A DNA stretch of 54,418 nucleotides. Source: Candidatus Aminicenantes bacterium (GTDB lineage: Bacteria; Acidobacteriota; Aminicenantia; UBA2199). The translations under genes and the position numbers were made by a program. Positions 1 through 10,255 of the stretch are shown here, piece after piece. The notes below the pieces were generated by a model. That model ran no database searches. It was given only the letters and a program-made list of their open reading frames with translations, and had not been told where the DNA came from. Each line of letters opens with the position of its first letter. Within the stretch, counting starts at the first letter, position 1. The stretch covers positions 1-54,418 of the forward strand of contig JAPKZL010000284.1 of NCBI GenBank assembly GCA_026393795.1, written 5' to 3'.

Positions 1-901
1 GGCGCGAATACGGCAGTTCGCTGTACGATTTTTCCTCGAAACCGATGGAAAACGTCTTGATGGGCACGGGTGAGATTTTCGCCATCATGGCCACGATGGC
101 GCTGGAGTCGATGCCGCCCGACAGGAACGCGCCCAGGGGGACATCGGAGATCATGCGCAGGCGCACCGACTCCTCGAGCAGGCTGAGGAATTCCTCGCGC
201 GCCGAAGCGAAATCGGGCCGCTGCTCGCGAAAAGGAACATCCCAGTACTCGCTGATGTTCAAGCGGCCGTTCTCGTAAACCAGGATGTGCCCGGCCGGCA
301 ATTTTTTAACGCTGGCCAGTATCGAATAGGGGGCCGGGACGTATTCCAGTGTAAGAAAAAAATCGAGCGCTTCACGGTCCACCGTACGGTCGATGCCCGG
401 ATAGGGAAGGATGGCTTTGATTTCGGAGCCGAAAACCAGGTTGCGGTTTTCTTTCAGGCAATAATACAAGGGCTTTTTCCCGATGTGGTCGCGGGCCAGG
501 ACCAGGCGATTGTTTTTTTGGTCGTAGATGGCGAAGGCGAACATGCCGCGCAGCTTTTTGACGAAATCCAGGCCGAATTCCTCGTAGAGGTTGACCACCA
601 CTTCGGTGTCGCTCTGGCTGCGGAAGATGCAGCCTCGCTGCTCGAGCTCCCGGCGCAATTCCTTGAAATTATAGACTTCGCCGTTGTAGGCGATCCAGGA
701 GTTGCCCGATTGCGAGCACAGGGGCTGATGACCGGTGGAAAGGTCGATGATGCTCAACCGTCTGGTCGCCAGACCAACGCCGGCTTTATGGAAAAAACCG
801 TCATCGTCGGGACCGCGGTGAACGATCCGGTCGTTCATCCGTTTCAGGGTCGTATCATCGGCCTCATTTTCAAACTGGAAAAAACCGCAGATACCGCACA
901 T
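1..901 (-). CDS. asnB: asparagine synthase (glutamine-hydrolysing), N-terminal ~300 codons; 3' end runs off the left edge
   Basis: Reverse translation from the ATG (complement of 899-901) reads MCGICGFFQFENEADDTTLKRMNDRIVHRGPDDDG, with the Cys2 amidotransferase start and HRGPD. An LSGGIDSS PP-loop lies at ~101-124. Absent from the ORF track because no stop falls in the window. The + ORF 287..922 is its antisense shadow. Confidence 0.85.
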   Translation of the reverse strand, partial: MCGICGFFQFENEADDTTLKRMNDRIVHRGPDDDGFFHKAGVGLATRRLSIIDLSTGHQPLCSQSGNSWIAYNGEVYNFKELRRELEQRGCIFRSQSDTEVVVNLYEEFGLDFVKKLRGMFAFAIYDQKNNRLVLARDHIGKKPLYYCLKENRNLVFGSEIKAILPYPGIDRTVDREALDFFLTLEYVPAPYSILASVKKLPAGHILVYENGRLNISEYWDVPFREQRPDFASAREEFLSLLEESVRLRMISDVPLGAFLSGGIDSSAIVAMMAKISPVPIKTFSIGFEEKSYSELPYSR

Positions 902-999
902 CCATTCACCCTTTGCTTTTAGCGAAATGATGCGCGCGCCCAGCCGCGTTCCGGCCGGAAACGCGCGTTACAGAAATAGTTTTCTTAAACCGAATGCCT

Positions 1000-1023
1000 G
1001 CGGGGATGTTAAACCATCCCCGC
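1000..1023 (-). terminator. 9-bp GC-rich hairpin downstream of the STAS gene
   Basis: GCGGGGATG-ttaaac-CATCCCCGC. The downstream tract on the - strand is only weakly U-rich. Confidence 0.3.
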
Positions 1024-1050
1024 TTCGATGAGCGCCGAATGCGTTCGCAA

Positions 1051-1389
1051 TTATTTGAAACTTTTTATCGCGTCGTCCTCGTTCTGGAAGGTTTCAAAAA
1101 CGGTGATAAGCTTGGTGACGCTCAGCAGATCCTTGACCTTGTTGGTCAGGTTGACGATCTTGATCGTGCCGCCCGCTTTTTTAAGGGTGGTATAGGAGCG
1201 AACGACCTCGCCCAGGCCGGTCGAGTCGAGGTAGGGAACTTCGGCGAAATTCAGCACCAGCTGCCTTTCGTTTTCCTTGATGGTGGCATCGATGGATTGC
1301 CTGAGTTCGTCGATTCCCTCGCCGCTCAGTATTTTCCCTTTCAAGTCAAAGATGATAACATTGCCTTTTTTTCTTTTTTCTATCTTCAT
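1051..1389 (-). CDS. STAS-domain anti-sigma-factor antagonist (SpoIIAA-like)
   Basis: MKIEKRKKGNVIIFDLKGKIL...VPYLDSTGLGEVV...KIVNL matches the STAS pattern. AAGGAGAAG SD lies before the ATG at 1389. The longer 1428 start lacks an SD. Confidence 0.8.
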   Translation of the reverse strand: MKIEKRKKGNVIIFDLKGKILSGEGIDELRQSIDATIKENERQLVLNFAEVPYLDSTGLGEVVRSYTTLKKAGGTIKIVNLTNKVKDLLSVTKLITVFETFQNEDDAIKSFK

Positions 1390-1456
1390 ATTGCTTCTCC
1401 TTGCCGTAGCGAAATATTTATATAACATATTAAAAGTGAAATTTCAATCTTTTTTT

Positions 1457-2377
1457 TTATTTCGCCATCTGCTCTTCGCCGCTGTCCTCGCAAGCCGGTC
1501 CGTTGGGGCACTGGGCGGCGCTGCGCTCCCATTGCAAGGTGCTATGGGCGATCTTGAAACGCTCGTGCAGCTCGCGGCTGGCTTGAGCAATCAGGGCATC
1601 GTCATCGTCGGCCGCGGCCTTGACCAGATGGGCGGTCAACGCGGTTTCGCTCGTGCTCATGGCCCAGATGTGCAGGTCGTGAACGGCGCTGACGCCGCAA
1701 AGATTGCGCAGGTAGGATTCGACGGCCCCGGGGTTGATGCCGTAGGGAACCGCGTCGAGAGCCAGGTCCAGCGATTCGCGTAAAAGCCCCCAGGTGCCGG
1801 TGAGGATAACCACGGCGATGAGCAGGCTCAAGACCGGATCGAGCCAGAGCCAGCCGCTCAGCAGCATCGCCACACCGGCGACGACGACGCCGGCCGACAC
1901 GGCCGCATCGGCGGCCATGTGCAGGAAAGCGCCGCGGAGGTTGAGATCGCTTTTGCGCCCCGACATGAACTGCAACGCCGAAACCGAATTGACGATCACG
2001 CCCATGGCGGCCACAACAATGACCGTCTTGCCGGCCACCGGGGCGGGGTGAGCCAAACGCTTGACGGCTTCCCAGGCAATGGCGCCCACCGCCAGCAGCA
2101 GGATGACCGCGTTGAGCATGGCGGCCAGAATGGATGAGCTGTGCCAGCCGTAGGTGCGGCGCTGGGAGGGCTTGCGCCGCGACAGGGTGCTTGCCCCCCA
2201 GGCCAGCAGCAGCCCGACGACGTCGCTGAGGTTGTGCCCGGCGTCGGCCAGCAATGCCAGCGATCCGGAGAAAACCCCGAACAACCCTTCGCCGATGACG
2301 TAGGCGACATTCAGGGCGATGCCGATGGTGAAGGCCCGGTCGTGGGTGTCGGCGGATCCCTGGTGGTGGTGAATCAT
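1457..2377 (-). CDS. cation diffusion facilitator (CzcD/ZitB-like) metal efflux transporter
   Basis: His-rich N-terminus, LLADAGHNLSDV and HMAADA motifs, six TM helices, C-terminal cytoplasmic domain. Confidence 0.85.
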   Translation of the reverse strand: MIHHHQGSADTHDRAFTIGIALNVAYVIGEGLFGVFSGSLALLADAGHNLSDVVGLLLAWGASTLSRRKPSQRRTYGWHSSSILAAMLNAVILLLAVGAIAWEAVKRLAHPAPVAGKTVIVVAAMGVIVNSVSALQFMSGRKSDLNLRGAFLHMAADAAVSAGVVVAGVAMLLSGWLWLDPVLSLLIAVVILTGTWGLLRESLDLALDAVPYGINPGAVESYLRNLCGVSAVHDLHIWAMSTSETALTAHLVKAAADDDDALIAQASRELHERFKIAHSTLQWERSAAQCPNGPACEDSGEEQMAK

Positions 2378-2401
2378 GCGGCCGAAAGCGCGGGCATCGT
2401 C

Positions 2402-3466
2402 TTAGATTTCGACTAGGCGGTAATCGGGATTGCCGAAACCGATTTCCCGGGCATAGTCGATCTGCACGCGGTAGGGAATGTCATAGGACAACTGCGAGAG
2501 GCGTTTACTGGTTTTCTTCTCCACCAGGTCGAGCGAGGCGGCGTCGAGAGCCACCGGGTCGAAAGCGATCAGCACGCCGATGTCGGGGGAGATTTTCTTG
2601 TATCCCCCCATGCAGTCGCAGTCCTTGCTGATGCGGTTTAAAAAACTGATGTACAGGGCTTTGCCGCGCTTGGCCAGGGCCACGCCCCAGGCGTGCTCGA
2701 CGATCTTGCGCTGCAACTGCTCGTAGGTTTCGGACCAGTTGTAGCCGATGGCGTCGAAGCGGCAGACGGTCAGGCACTCGGCGCAGCCGATGCATTTTTT
2801 CTTGTCGATCTGGGCGATTCCATCGGCCAGGGTGATGGCTTGAGCCGGGCACCAGGTGACGCATGAGCCGCAGCCGGTGCACTTTTTTTTCTTGACAGAG
2901 GGGGTGGCGGTCGAATGCTGGGCCAGCTTGCCGCGGCGGCTCGAACAGCCCATGCCCATGTTTTTCAGCGCTCCTCCGAAACCCGACACCATGTGGCCGG
3001 TGAAATGCGAGACCAGCACCAGGGACTGGGCCTTGACGATCATCGAGGCGATCCTGACTTTTTGATAGAGCCGGCCCGGGATGCGCACCTCGGTTTCCTC
3101 GTCGCCAATCAGGCCGTCGGCCATGATCAGGGGGATCTGCGTGTTTTCAAAACCGAAACCATGGCGCTGGGCCAGCTCGATATGACCGACAGCGTTGGCG
3201 CGCAGGCTGCTGTACAAGGTGGCCGTATCGGTCAGGAATGGCCGCGCGTTTTTCTCCCTGACCAGTCCGGCCAGCATGGTGAAATTGAGCGGCCGGACAT
3301 AGCCCTGGGTATTTTCCTCGCCGAAATGGGTTTTGAAAGCCACCAGGTCCCGCTCGCCGATGAAAGCGAGCCAGTCGTTGGCCTTGATCGCCTTGGCGAG
3401 CTTCTGACAGATCAGCTCGTCGGCTTCGTTGTCGGCGACGGGGATGAAAAAAACGTTCTCTTTCAT
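2402..3466 (-). CDS. DUF362 protein with inserted 2x[4Fe-4S] ferredoxin domain
   Basis: FLTDTATLY, VSHFTGH, GFGGALKNMGMGC, two CxxCxxCxxxCP motifs and DCDC near the C-terminus. Start taken at MKENVFF (cat at 3464-3466). Confidence 0.8.
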   Translation of the reverse strand: MKENVFFIPVADNEADELICQKLAKAIKANDWLAFIGERDLVAFKTHFGEENTQGYVRPLNFTMLAGLVREKNARPFLTDTATLYSSLRANAVGHIELAQRHGFGFENTQIPLIMADGLIGDEETEVRIPGRLYQKVRIASMIVKAQSLVLVSHFTGHMVSGFGGALKNMGMGCSSRRGKLAQHSTATPSVKKKKCTGCGSCVTWCPAQAITLADGIAQIDKKKCIGCAECLTVCRFDAIGYNWSETYEQLQRKIVEHAWGVALAKRGKALYISFLNRISKDCDCMGGYKKISPDIGVLIAFDPVALDAASLDLVEKKTSKRLSQLSYDIPYRVQIDYAREIGFGNPDYRLVEI

Positions 3467-3686
3467 GGGTTGTCCTGTACCTCTTTGGATGGTTTTCACC
3501 TGAGCGTGACGTTTTGAAATTCAAAATATAACTATTCCGGTATTGAAAGTCAATCCAACGCCAAATTTGCCGGGTGGACACTTTTGGCGGCAGCAAGCCA
3601 GGTTGGGGGAAATTTTGCTGGAAAAGCTCATTATTGCTTGACTTTTCATTTTCCCTATGTTACATCTTCTTTAGCAGGAGGTCCAT

Positions 3687-3968
3687 ATGAATAAAAAATA
3701 CCTGGCTGAAGAAATCGCCAAGCGCATCTCTATAAAAAAATATGAGGCCTACAATTTTATCGACCTGTTCATTGAAGTCGCGTTGGAAAATCTTGGTCAA
3801 GGTCGCAAACTGGTCCTTTCCAAGTTCGGAACCTTGATCATCAAAAAGAAAAATAAAAAGAGGGTCATCAATCCGATCACCCGTCAGCCCATGATCATTG
3901 CCCCGACCAAAATAGTCAAATTCATCCCGGCGGAGAACTTGAAGCGCAAGTTTGAGGGAAATGGTTGA
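3687..3968 (+). CDS. HU/IHF-family DNA-binding protein (divergent, Lys-rich)
   Basis: AGGAGG SD. The FGTL..K..K.R...NP.T beta-arm pattern is present. Confidence 0.7.
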   Translation: MNKKYLAEEIAKRISIKKYEAYNFIDLFIEVALENLGQGRKLVLSKFGTLIIKKKNKKRVINPITRQPMIIAPTKIVKFIPAENLKRKFEGNG

Positions 3969-5049
3969 GTTCAATGAAGGGCATTTAAAACGGGTCGCTT
4001 TTCACCTGCTGACTTTTAAAAACCCAAGAGCCAGGCTCCATCTGCTTAAAAACAAGGTCAGCGCCGCCGATTTTTTTTGCCTGGGAGCGCGGCAGCTGGA
4101 GCTGATCGGTCTTCAGCCGGCCGAAATCAAGGCCATGAGCGAACGCGGCTGGGGTGTTGCCGAAAACGAGGTGGCGCGGCTGGAAAAAAATGGGCTGCAA
4201 ATCATTTTCAGCGAGGAGGAAGACTTTCCTCCCTTGCTGGGACAAATCTACGATCCCCCCGACCTGATCTATTTTACCGGCAATCGGGAATTTTTGCGCA
4301 AGAAGAAGCTGGCCGTTGTCGGTTCGCGGCGCGGGGGCGCCTACGGCCAGAGCGCCTTGAACCGCATCCTGCCCGACTGCTGCCGGGCGGGGCTGGTCAT
4401 TGTTTCCGGCATGGCCTACGGCATCGATTCCATGGCCCACAAGCTGGCGGTCAGGGAAAACAGCGGCACCATCGGCGTCAATGCCGGCGGCTTGCTGCAT
4501 CTGTATCCCCAGGGCAATCTGGCCTTGATTAAAAAGATCATCGATTCTGGCGGCATCATCAGCGAATTTCCCCTGGACGTAATCCCGCGGCCGTTTCTCT
4601 TTCCCATCCGCAATCGCATCATCGCCGGTATTTCCCAGGCGGTTCTGGTCGTGGAAGCGGCGCTGCGCAGCGGTTCGCTGATCACGGCCAGGCTCGCCCT
4701 GGAGCAAAACCGCGAGGTGATGGCAGTCCCGGGCAACATCGATTCCTCCCTGAGCCAGGGGACGAATTACCTGCTGCAGCAAGGCGCCAAATTAATCCAA
4801 AACTCCGTTGATTTGCTCGACGAGTTCGGGCTGAGCTGCCCGCTGCGGCCGCGAAATGAGGCGGTGCTCTCTTTCAGGGAAAAGAAAATACTTGACTTGT
4901 GCGGGGAAAATGAGTTAAAAGGTATCGACTTTTTGGTGGATGCGCTCGATTGGCCGGCAGCGGAAATCATCTCGCTTTGCATGGGATTGGTTTTGAAAAA
5001 TCTGCTGGTTGAAGAAACGGGCGGCTACCGAAGGATGGCGTATGGCTAA
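3961..5049 (+). CDS. dprA: DNA-processing protein DprA (Smf)
   Basis: VGSRRGGAYG...SGMAYGIDSMAHK...FPIRNRIIAG...VVEAALRSGSLITA. ATG at 3961; the track start at 3952 is a TTG. Confidence 0.85.
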   Translation: MVEFNEGHLKRVAFHLLTFKNPRARLHLLKNKVSAADFFCLGARQLELIGLQPAEIKAMSERGWGVAENEVARLEKNGLQIIFSEEEDFPPLLGQIYDPPDLIYFTGNREFLRKKKLAVVGSRRGGAYGQSALNRILPDCCRAGLVIVSGMAYGIDSMAHKLAVRENSGTIGVNAGGLLHLYPQGNLALIKKIIDSGGIISEFPLDVIPRPFLFPIRNRIIAGISQAVLVVEAALRSGSLITARLALEQNREVMAVPGNIDSSLSQGTNYLLQQGAKLIQNSVDLLDEFGLSCPLRPRNEAVLSFREKKILDLCGENELKGIDFLVDALDWPAAEIISLCMGLVLKNLLVEETGGYRRMAYG

Positions 5050-7135
5050 AAAAACGTTGGTGATTGTCGAATCTCCCGCCAAGTCGAATACGATCTCCAA
5101 GTATCTGGGCGACGGGTACATGATCGGGTCGTCGATGGGGCACGTCCGCGACCTGCCGGTCGAGGTCCTGGGAATTGACGTGAAGAACAATTACAAGCCT
5201 TTTTACGTCGATTTGCCCGGGAAAGCGCAGGTGATCAAGGATTTGCGCCAGCTGGCGCAAAAAGCGGACAAGATCCTGCTGGCGTCGGACCCGGATCGCG
5301 AAGGCGAAGCCATCGCTTTTCATCTGCAGGAAATTCTCAAAAAGGACAACGAGAATATCTTCCGGGTGCTTTTCAACGAAATCACCCGCTCCGCCATCCT
5401 GGCGGCGGTCGAAAATCCCTTGACCATCGACCCGCGCAAGGTCGATTCCCAGCAGATGCGCCGCTTGCTCGACCGCCTGGCCGGGTACAAGATCAGTCCG
5501 GTCCTGCAGAGAAAAATCGGCGGGCCGCTGTCGGCCGGGCGCGTGCAATCGATTGCCCTGAAACTGATCGTGGAAAGGGAAAAGGAAATCAGGGCCTTTG
5601 TTTCCGAAGAATACTGGACCGTCGCCGTCGAGCTGGAAGGAAGCCAGCCGCCCGCCTTTACCAGCAAGCTGGAAAAATGCGACGGCAAAAACGTGGCCAT
5701 CGTCTCCGGCGATGCCTGCACAGTCGTTCTGGACGAATTAAGGGCCAATCCCTATTGCCTCGACCGCATCCAGAAGAAGCTGAAAAAACGCAAACCCCTG
5801 CCGCCGTTGATCACTTCGACCCTGCAGCAAGAGGCCTTCCGCCGCTTCAAGTTCCCGGTAAAGAAAACGATGCAACTGGCCCAGCAGCTGTACGAAGGGG
5901 TGAACATTCACGGCGGCGAGACCACCGGTTTGATCACCTACATGCGCACCGATTCCTTCCGCATCGCGGACCAGGCCCGCGACCAGGCCCGCGAGTGGAT
6001 CGTCGCCAACCTGGGCAAGAAGTTTTACCCGGCCGCGGCCAACACCTTCAAGAAGAAAGCCAAAATCCAGGATGCCCACGAATGCATCCGTCCCACCACC
6101 CCCTTTCACGCCCCGGACGGCATCAAGGCCGATCTGAACCCGAGCCAGCTGAAGATCTACCAGCTGATCTGGGAGCGTTTTTTCGCCTCGCAGATGGCGG
6201 CGGCCGAAATCGAGGAAACCCAATTTGATGTCCGCAACGGCCGCTACCTGTTCGTGACCAAGGGCGAGATCGTCAAGTTCAAGGGCTTCCTGGCCATGGC
6301 CAAGGGCGAGAGCGAGCAGACCGTCCTGCCGCTGCTGCAGGAAAAGGAGATCCTGAAATTGCTCGCCAGCGACGACAAGCAGAATTTCACCAAACCGCCG
6401 GCCCGCTACAACGAGGCGTCGCTGGTGAAGGTGCTGGAGGAAAAAGGCATCGGCCGCCCCTCCACCTACGCCAAGATCATCGAGACGCTCAACAAGCGCG
6501 AATACGTGTACAGCGAGGAGAAGAAATTCGTTCCCACCGATTTGGGCATCAATGTCGTCGATTACCTGGAAGAGAATTTCAAGGACATCATGAACTTCAA
6601 TTTCACCGCCGAACTGGAAAAGAAACTCGACCAGGTGGCCGAAGGCGAGCTGGACTGGGTGACCGGGATCGACCAGTTCTACAAGAAACTGGCGCTGGAC
6701 CTGGCCAAGGTCAAGGACGGGAAAAAGGTGGAGCTGCTGACCGGGGAAAAATGTCCGAACTGCGGCGGCGGCCTGCTTAAAAAATATTCCCTTAAAACCA
6801 GGGGTTGGTTCATCGGCTGCTCCCGCTACCCGCAATGCACCTACACGGCGCGGGTCACGCTCAAAGACGAAAAGATCAGCCCCGACGAGATCCAGGAAAA
6901 GAAATGCCCCCTGTGCGCCAAGCCGTTGATCAAGAGGTATTCGCGCAAAACCGGGCAATACTTTATTGGCTGTTCGGGTTTTCCGGCCTGCACGCATATC
7001 GAGACCAGCCAGGAGGATTTGGGCGCCTGCCCCCAGTGCGGCAAGCCCCTGACCAAAAGATTCTCGCGCAAGACCAGGCGCTATTTTGTCGGCTGTACCG
7101 GTTACCCTGAATGCAGGTTCATCCAGAAAAGGTGA
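5042..7135 (+). CDS. topA: DNA topoisomerase I with four C-terminal Cys4 zinc ribbons
   Basis: TOPRIM start LVIVESPAKS, catalytic region ITYMRTDS, repeated CPxCG...GCSxxPxC modules. Confidence 0.95.
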   Translation: MAKKTLVIVESPAKSNTISKYLGDGYMIGSSMGHVRDLPVEVLGIDVKNNYKPFYVDLPGKAQVIKDLRQLAQKADKILLASDPDREGEAIAFHLQEILKKDNENIFRVLFNEITRSAILAAVENPLTIDPRKVDSQQMRRLLDRLAGYKISPVLQRKIGGPLSAGRVQSIALKLIVEREKEIRAFVSEEYWTVAVELEGSQPPAFTSKLEKCDGKNVAIVSGDACTVVLDELRANPYCLDRIQKKLKKRKPLPPLITSTLQQEAFRRFKFPVKKTMQLAQQLYEGVNIHGGETTGLITYMRTDSFRIADQARDQAREWIVANLGKKFYPAAANTFKKKAKIQDAHECIRPTTPFHAPDGIKADLNPSQLKIYQLIWERFFASQMAAAEIEETQFDVRNGRYLFVTKGEIVKFKGFLAMAKGESEQTVLPLLQEKEILKLLASDDKQNFTKPPARYNEASLVKVLEEKGIGRPSTYAKIIETLNKREYVYSEEKKFVPTDLGINVVDYLEENFKDIMNFNFTAELEKKLDQVAEGELDWVTGIDQFYKKLALDLAKVKDGKKVELLTGEKCPNCGGGLLKKYSLKTRGWFIGCSRYPQCTYTARVTLKDEKISPDEIQEKKCPLCAKPLIKRYSRKTGQYFIGCSGFPACTHIETSQEDLGACPQCGKPLTKRFSRKTRRYFVGCTGYPECRFIQKR

Positions 7136-8448
7136 AAAGCACGGTCACCATTATCGGCGGCGGGCTGGCCGGCGTCGAGGCCGCTTACCAGATTGTCAAG
7201 CAGGGCGTGGCGGTGGAGCTGTTCGAGATGCGGCCGCAGGTGATGACCGAGGCCCACGGCAGCGGTTTCCTGGCCGAAATGGTCTGCAGCAATTCGCTGG
7301 GTTCCAATGAGATCACATCCGCATCCGGGCTGTTGAAGCGCGAATTGAAAATGCTCGATTCCTTTTTTCTGCGTCACGCCGAAAAATTCAAAGTCCCGGC
7401 CGGGAACAGCCTGTCGGTCGATCGCATGGAGCTGGCCGCGGCCATTACCGGGGAGTTGACCGCCCTGCCCGGGGTCACCGTCAGGCGCCAGGAGGTGAAG
7501 GAGATTCCCAGCCCCGCTTTCCCGCTGATCATCGCCAGCGGTCCATTAACCAGCCCCGATTTTGCCAAGACCCTTTCGGACCTGACCATGCGCAAGAACC
7601 TTTTCTTCTATGATGCCACCTGCCCGTTGCTCAGGGCCGAAAGCATCGATTTTGCCAAATTGTTCGCCGCCTCGCGCTACGAAAAGGGTGATGCCGATTT
7701 TTTCAACATCGCCCTTGACGAAGGGCAGTACGCCTCGTTCGTGCAGAACCTGGTGGCGGCGGAAACGGTGCAAGCTCGTGAATTTGAAAAAAACGCTTTT
7801 TTTGACGCCTGCCTGCCGGTAGAGGAAATCGCCCGTCGTGGAGCGCAATCGCTGGCTTTCGGCCCGCTGAAGCCCGTCGGCCTGATCGATCCGCGTAACC
7901 AGCGGCGGCCCTATGCCGTGGTGCAGTTGCGCCAGGATGATTTGAAAAAGGAATTCTACCAGCTGGTGGGATTTCAGACGCGGCTGAAGCATGGCGATCA
8001 GAAAAGAATTTTCCGCATGCTGCCCGGACTGGAGAATGCCGAGTTCGAACGCTTCGGGCGCATGCACCGCAATACTTATATCAACGCTCCCCTGATCATC
8101 AACCATTTTTCCCAGTATAAAAAAAATGAGCGGATTTACTTTGCCGGCCAGCTTTCCGGGGTGGAGGGCTACGTGGAATCGGTTGCCTCCGGCTTGTGGT
8201 GCGGCATTTCCGCCGGCCGGGCGGCGTCGGGAAAGCCCCTGCCGGCGCTCCCCGAAACGACGGCATTGGGTTCGCTGCTGGGATATATCGCCCATGCTGG
8301 CTGGAATGACTTCCGGCCCACCAAGTTCACTTTCGGACTGCTCGCCGATAACGGCGTGGAATGCAAGGACAAAAAAAGAAAGAAGGAGCTGAAAGCCGAA
8401 CGAGCCGGCGAGGCGCTGGAACAATGGAAACGGAACTCGGCAACATAG
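7111..8448 (+). CDS. trmFO: methylenetetrahydrofolate--tRNA-(uracil54-C5)-methyltransferase TrmFO
   Basis: IIGGGLAGVEAA FAD motif and a Gid-like body. An alternative GTG start at 7132 forms a GTGA overlap with the topA stop. Confidence 0.9.
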   Translation: MQVHPEKVKSTVTIIGGGLAGVEAAYQIVKQGVAVELFEMRPQVMTEAHGSGFLAEMVCSNSLGSNEITSASGLLKRELKMLDSFFLRHAEKFKVPAGNSLSVDRMELAAAITGELTALPGVTVRRQEVKEIPSPAFPLIIASGPLTSPDFAKTLSDLTMRKNLFFYDATCPLLRAESIDFAKLFAASRYEKGDADFFNIALDEGQYASFVQNLVAAETVQAREFEKNAFFDACLPVEEIARRGAQSLAFGPLKPVGLIDPRNQRRPYAVVQLRQDDLKKEFYQLVGFQTRLKHGDQKRIFRMLPGLENAEFERFGRMHRNTYINAPLIINHFSQYKKNERIYFAGQLSGVEGYVESVASGLWCGISAGRAASGKPLPALPETTALGSLLGYIAHAGWNDFRPTKFTFGLLADNGVECKDKKRKKELKAERAGEALEQWKRNSAT

Positions 8449-9311
8449 ACAATTACCTGGCTTATCTGCGCGAGATCAAAAAGTATTCCGCGCATACCGT
8501 CAAGGCCTACGGGATCGATATCCGTCAATTCTGCCGCTATTTTTCCGAAAACAAACTCCCGGTCAATGCGAACACGATCCGCGATTTCCTGGCATCCGTC
8601 TTTTCTCAAAGGAAAAACAAGGCCACGCTGGCCCGCAAAATTTATGCGGTCAAATCCTTCTACGCCTACCTGGTCAGGACCGGGGTGCTGAAGAGCAATC
8701 CGCTGGAGGGCACGGGCACGCCCAAGCTCGACCGCAAAATACCGCAGATCCTGACCGAAGGCGAGATGATGGAATTTCTCGACGCCTTGCCCGAAAAAAA
8801 TTTTTTGCAACTGCGCAACAAGGCGCTTTTCGAGTTTTTGTACGCCACCGGCCTGCGCATTTCGGAATTGACCGAATTGAAAATCATTGACGTCCATTTC
8901 GGCGAACGGCTGGTGCGGGTCATGGGCAAGGGGAAAAAGGAGCGGCTCGTCCCCTTCCACGAACAGGCGGCCGGGGTGTTAACGCGCTATTTGCAGTGCC
9001 TGCGCAGCGACAAACGCTACCAGGGCGAACGGGTCTTCGTCAACGCCCGGGGCGGAGCCCTCAGCCAGCGTTCGGTGGAGCGCATCCTGCCGCAGGTCTA
9101 CCGGCTGCTGAGCGGCTCCCAGCGTCCGATCTATCCCCACCTGCTGCGCCATTCGTTCGCCACCCACCTGCTGCAGCGCGGGGCGAACCTGCGCGTCATC
9201 CAGGAATTGCTGGGGCACGCCAACCTGGCCACCACCGAAAAATACACGACCTTGAATTTTGGCGACCTGCTCAAAACCTATAAGAAATTTCATCCCCGGG
9301 AAAATCCATGA
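8424..9311 (+). CDS. xerC: tyrosine site-specific recombinase XerC/XerD family
   Basis: SAHTVKAY core-binding domain, ATGLRISEL, HLLRHSFATHLL, LGHANLATTEKYT. It holds the codV/xerC position after trmFO. Confidence 0.8.
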   Translation: METELGNIDNYLAYLREIKKYSAHTVKAYGIDIRQFCRYFSENKLPVNANTIRDFLASVFSQRKNKATLARKIYAVKSFYAYLVRTGVLKSNPLEGTGTPKLDRKIPQILTEGEMMEFLDALPEKNFLQLRNKALFEFLYATGLRISELTELKIIDVHFGERLVRVMGKGKKERLVPFHEQAAGVLTRYLQCLRSDKRYQGERVFVNARGGALSQRSVERILPQVYRLLSGSQRPIYPHLLRHSFATHLLQRGANLRVIQELLGHANLATTEKYTTLNFGDLLKTYKKFHPRENP

Positions 9312-10255
9312 AGCGCAAATGGCTTTTTTTTCTGCTGAAGTTCGTTTTCGGCTTCGGCCTGCTGTTCTATCTTGTGTTTTTCAGCGCCAAGCCGCGGGAA
9401 ATCATCGTTGTTTTCAGCCACGCTTTCTGGCCCATGGCCCTGCTGGCTTTTTCCCTGCACAGTCTCGGCCTGTATTTTTCGGCCAAGCGCTGGAAGCTCA
9501 TCCTCGATGAAAAAGGGGGCGGTTTTTCTTTCTGGCAATTGATCCAGTCGCTGCTGGTGGGGACTTTTTTCAATCATTTCCTGCCGACGCGGTTCGGCGG
9601 TGATGTCGTCAGGATCAGGGATACGCGCCACATCGAGCAGGGGCTGACCGCGTCGCTGGCGGTGGTGGTCTACGAGCGCATGAGCGGCATCGTGGCCCTG
9701 CTGTTGATGGCCATGTTTTCGTCGTTTTTAAAAATCGGCTTCATCAAGGAGCTTCCCCTGCTTTACGTTTCCCTGCTGGTCAGCATGGCCGGGATTGCGG
9801 TGTTGTGGCTGGCCTGGAAAATATTGCCGCGGGGATTCCTGGCCGGCATCGGCTGCCGGCGCCCGTGGCTGCAGAACGTCCTGTTGAAACTGGACATGTT
9901 CCACGGCATCATCCTCGATTTCCTGCAGCACAAACGCCTGTCGCAGAAGGTCTTCGGCTGGGCGTTCATCCTGCAGCTCAACGTGGTTGTTCATTATTTT
10001 TTCATCGGCCAGGCGCTGAAGATGACGCGCATCCCTTTCCTCGACTACTTTTTCTCCATTCCGATCCTGCTGTTCATCCTTTCCTTCCCGGTGTCGATCA
10101 ACGGCATCGGCGTGCGCGATTTTTTCCTGATCAAGCTTTTCGTCTATTACGGCTATCCGGCTTCCTACGCCATCGCTTTTTCCATGCTCGATGTCGCCTT
10201 TAACCTGCTGCTGGGAATCGTCGGCGGCCTGATCTACATTTTTCGTAAAAAATGA
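9308..10255 (+). CDS. flippase-like / lysylphosphatidylglycerol-synthase TM-region family membrane protein (UPF0104)
   Basis: Multi-TM protein with FFNHFLPTRFGGDVVRIRD motif. ATGA overlap with xerC. Confidence 0.7.
   Translation: MKRKWLFFLLKFVFGFGLLFYLVFFSAKPREIIVVFSHAFWPMALLAFSLHSLGLYFSAKRWKLILDEKGGGFSFWQLIQSLLVGTFFNHFLPTRFGGDVVRIRDTRHIEQGLTASLAVVVYERMSGIVALLLMAMFSSFLKIGFIKELPLLYVSLLVSMAGIAVLWLAWKILPRGFLAGIGCRRPWLQNVLLKLDMFHGIILDFLQHKRLSQKVFGWAFILQLNVVVHYFFIGQALKMTRIPFLDYFFSIPILLFILSFPVSINGIGVRDFFLIKLFVYYGYPASYAIAFSMLDVAFNLLLGIVGGLIYIFRKK

Noticed and set aside
5738-6997. Long antisense ORFs inside real genes, for example:
- 5738..6997 (-), 419 aa, in topA;
- 10234..11205 (-);
- 11312..12589 (-), 425 aa;
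- 18222..19376 (-);
- 33461..34516 (+);
- 36618..37832 (+);
- 46611..48101 (-), 496 aa;
- 48896..49912 (+);
- 52168..53253 (+).
   Set aside because: Their translations are low-complexity (rich in G/A/D/Q/L/R/F), carry no recognisable motif and lack an SD. Each lies exactly opposite a gene with strong family signatures. This is the typical stop-poor shadow frame of GC3-rich coding sequence.
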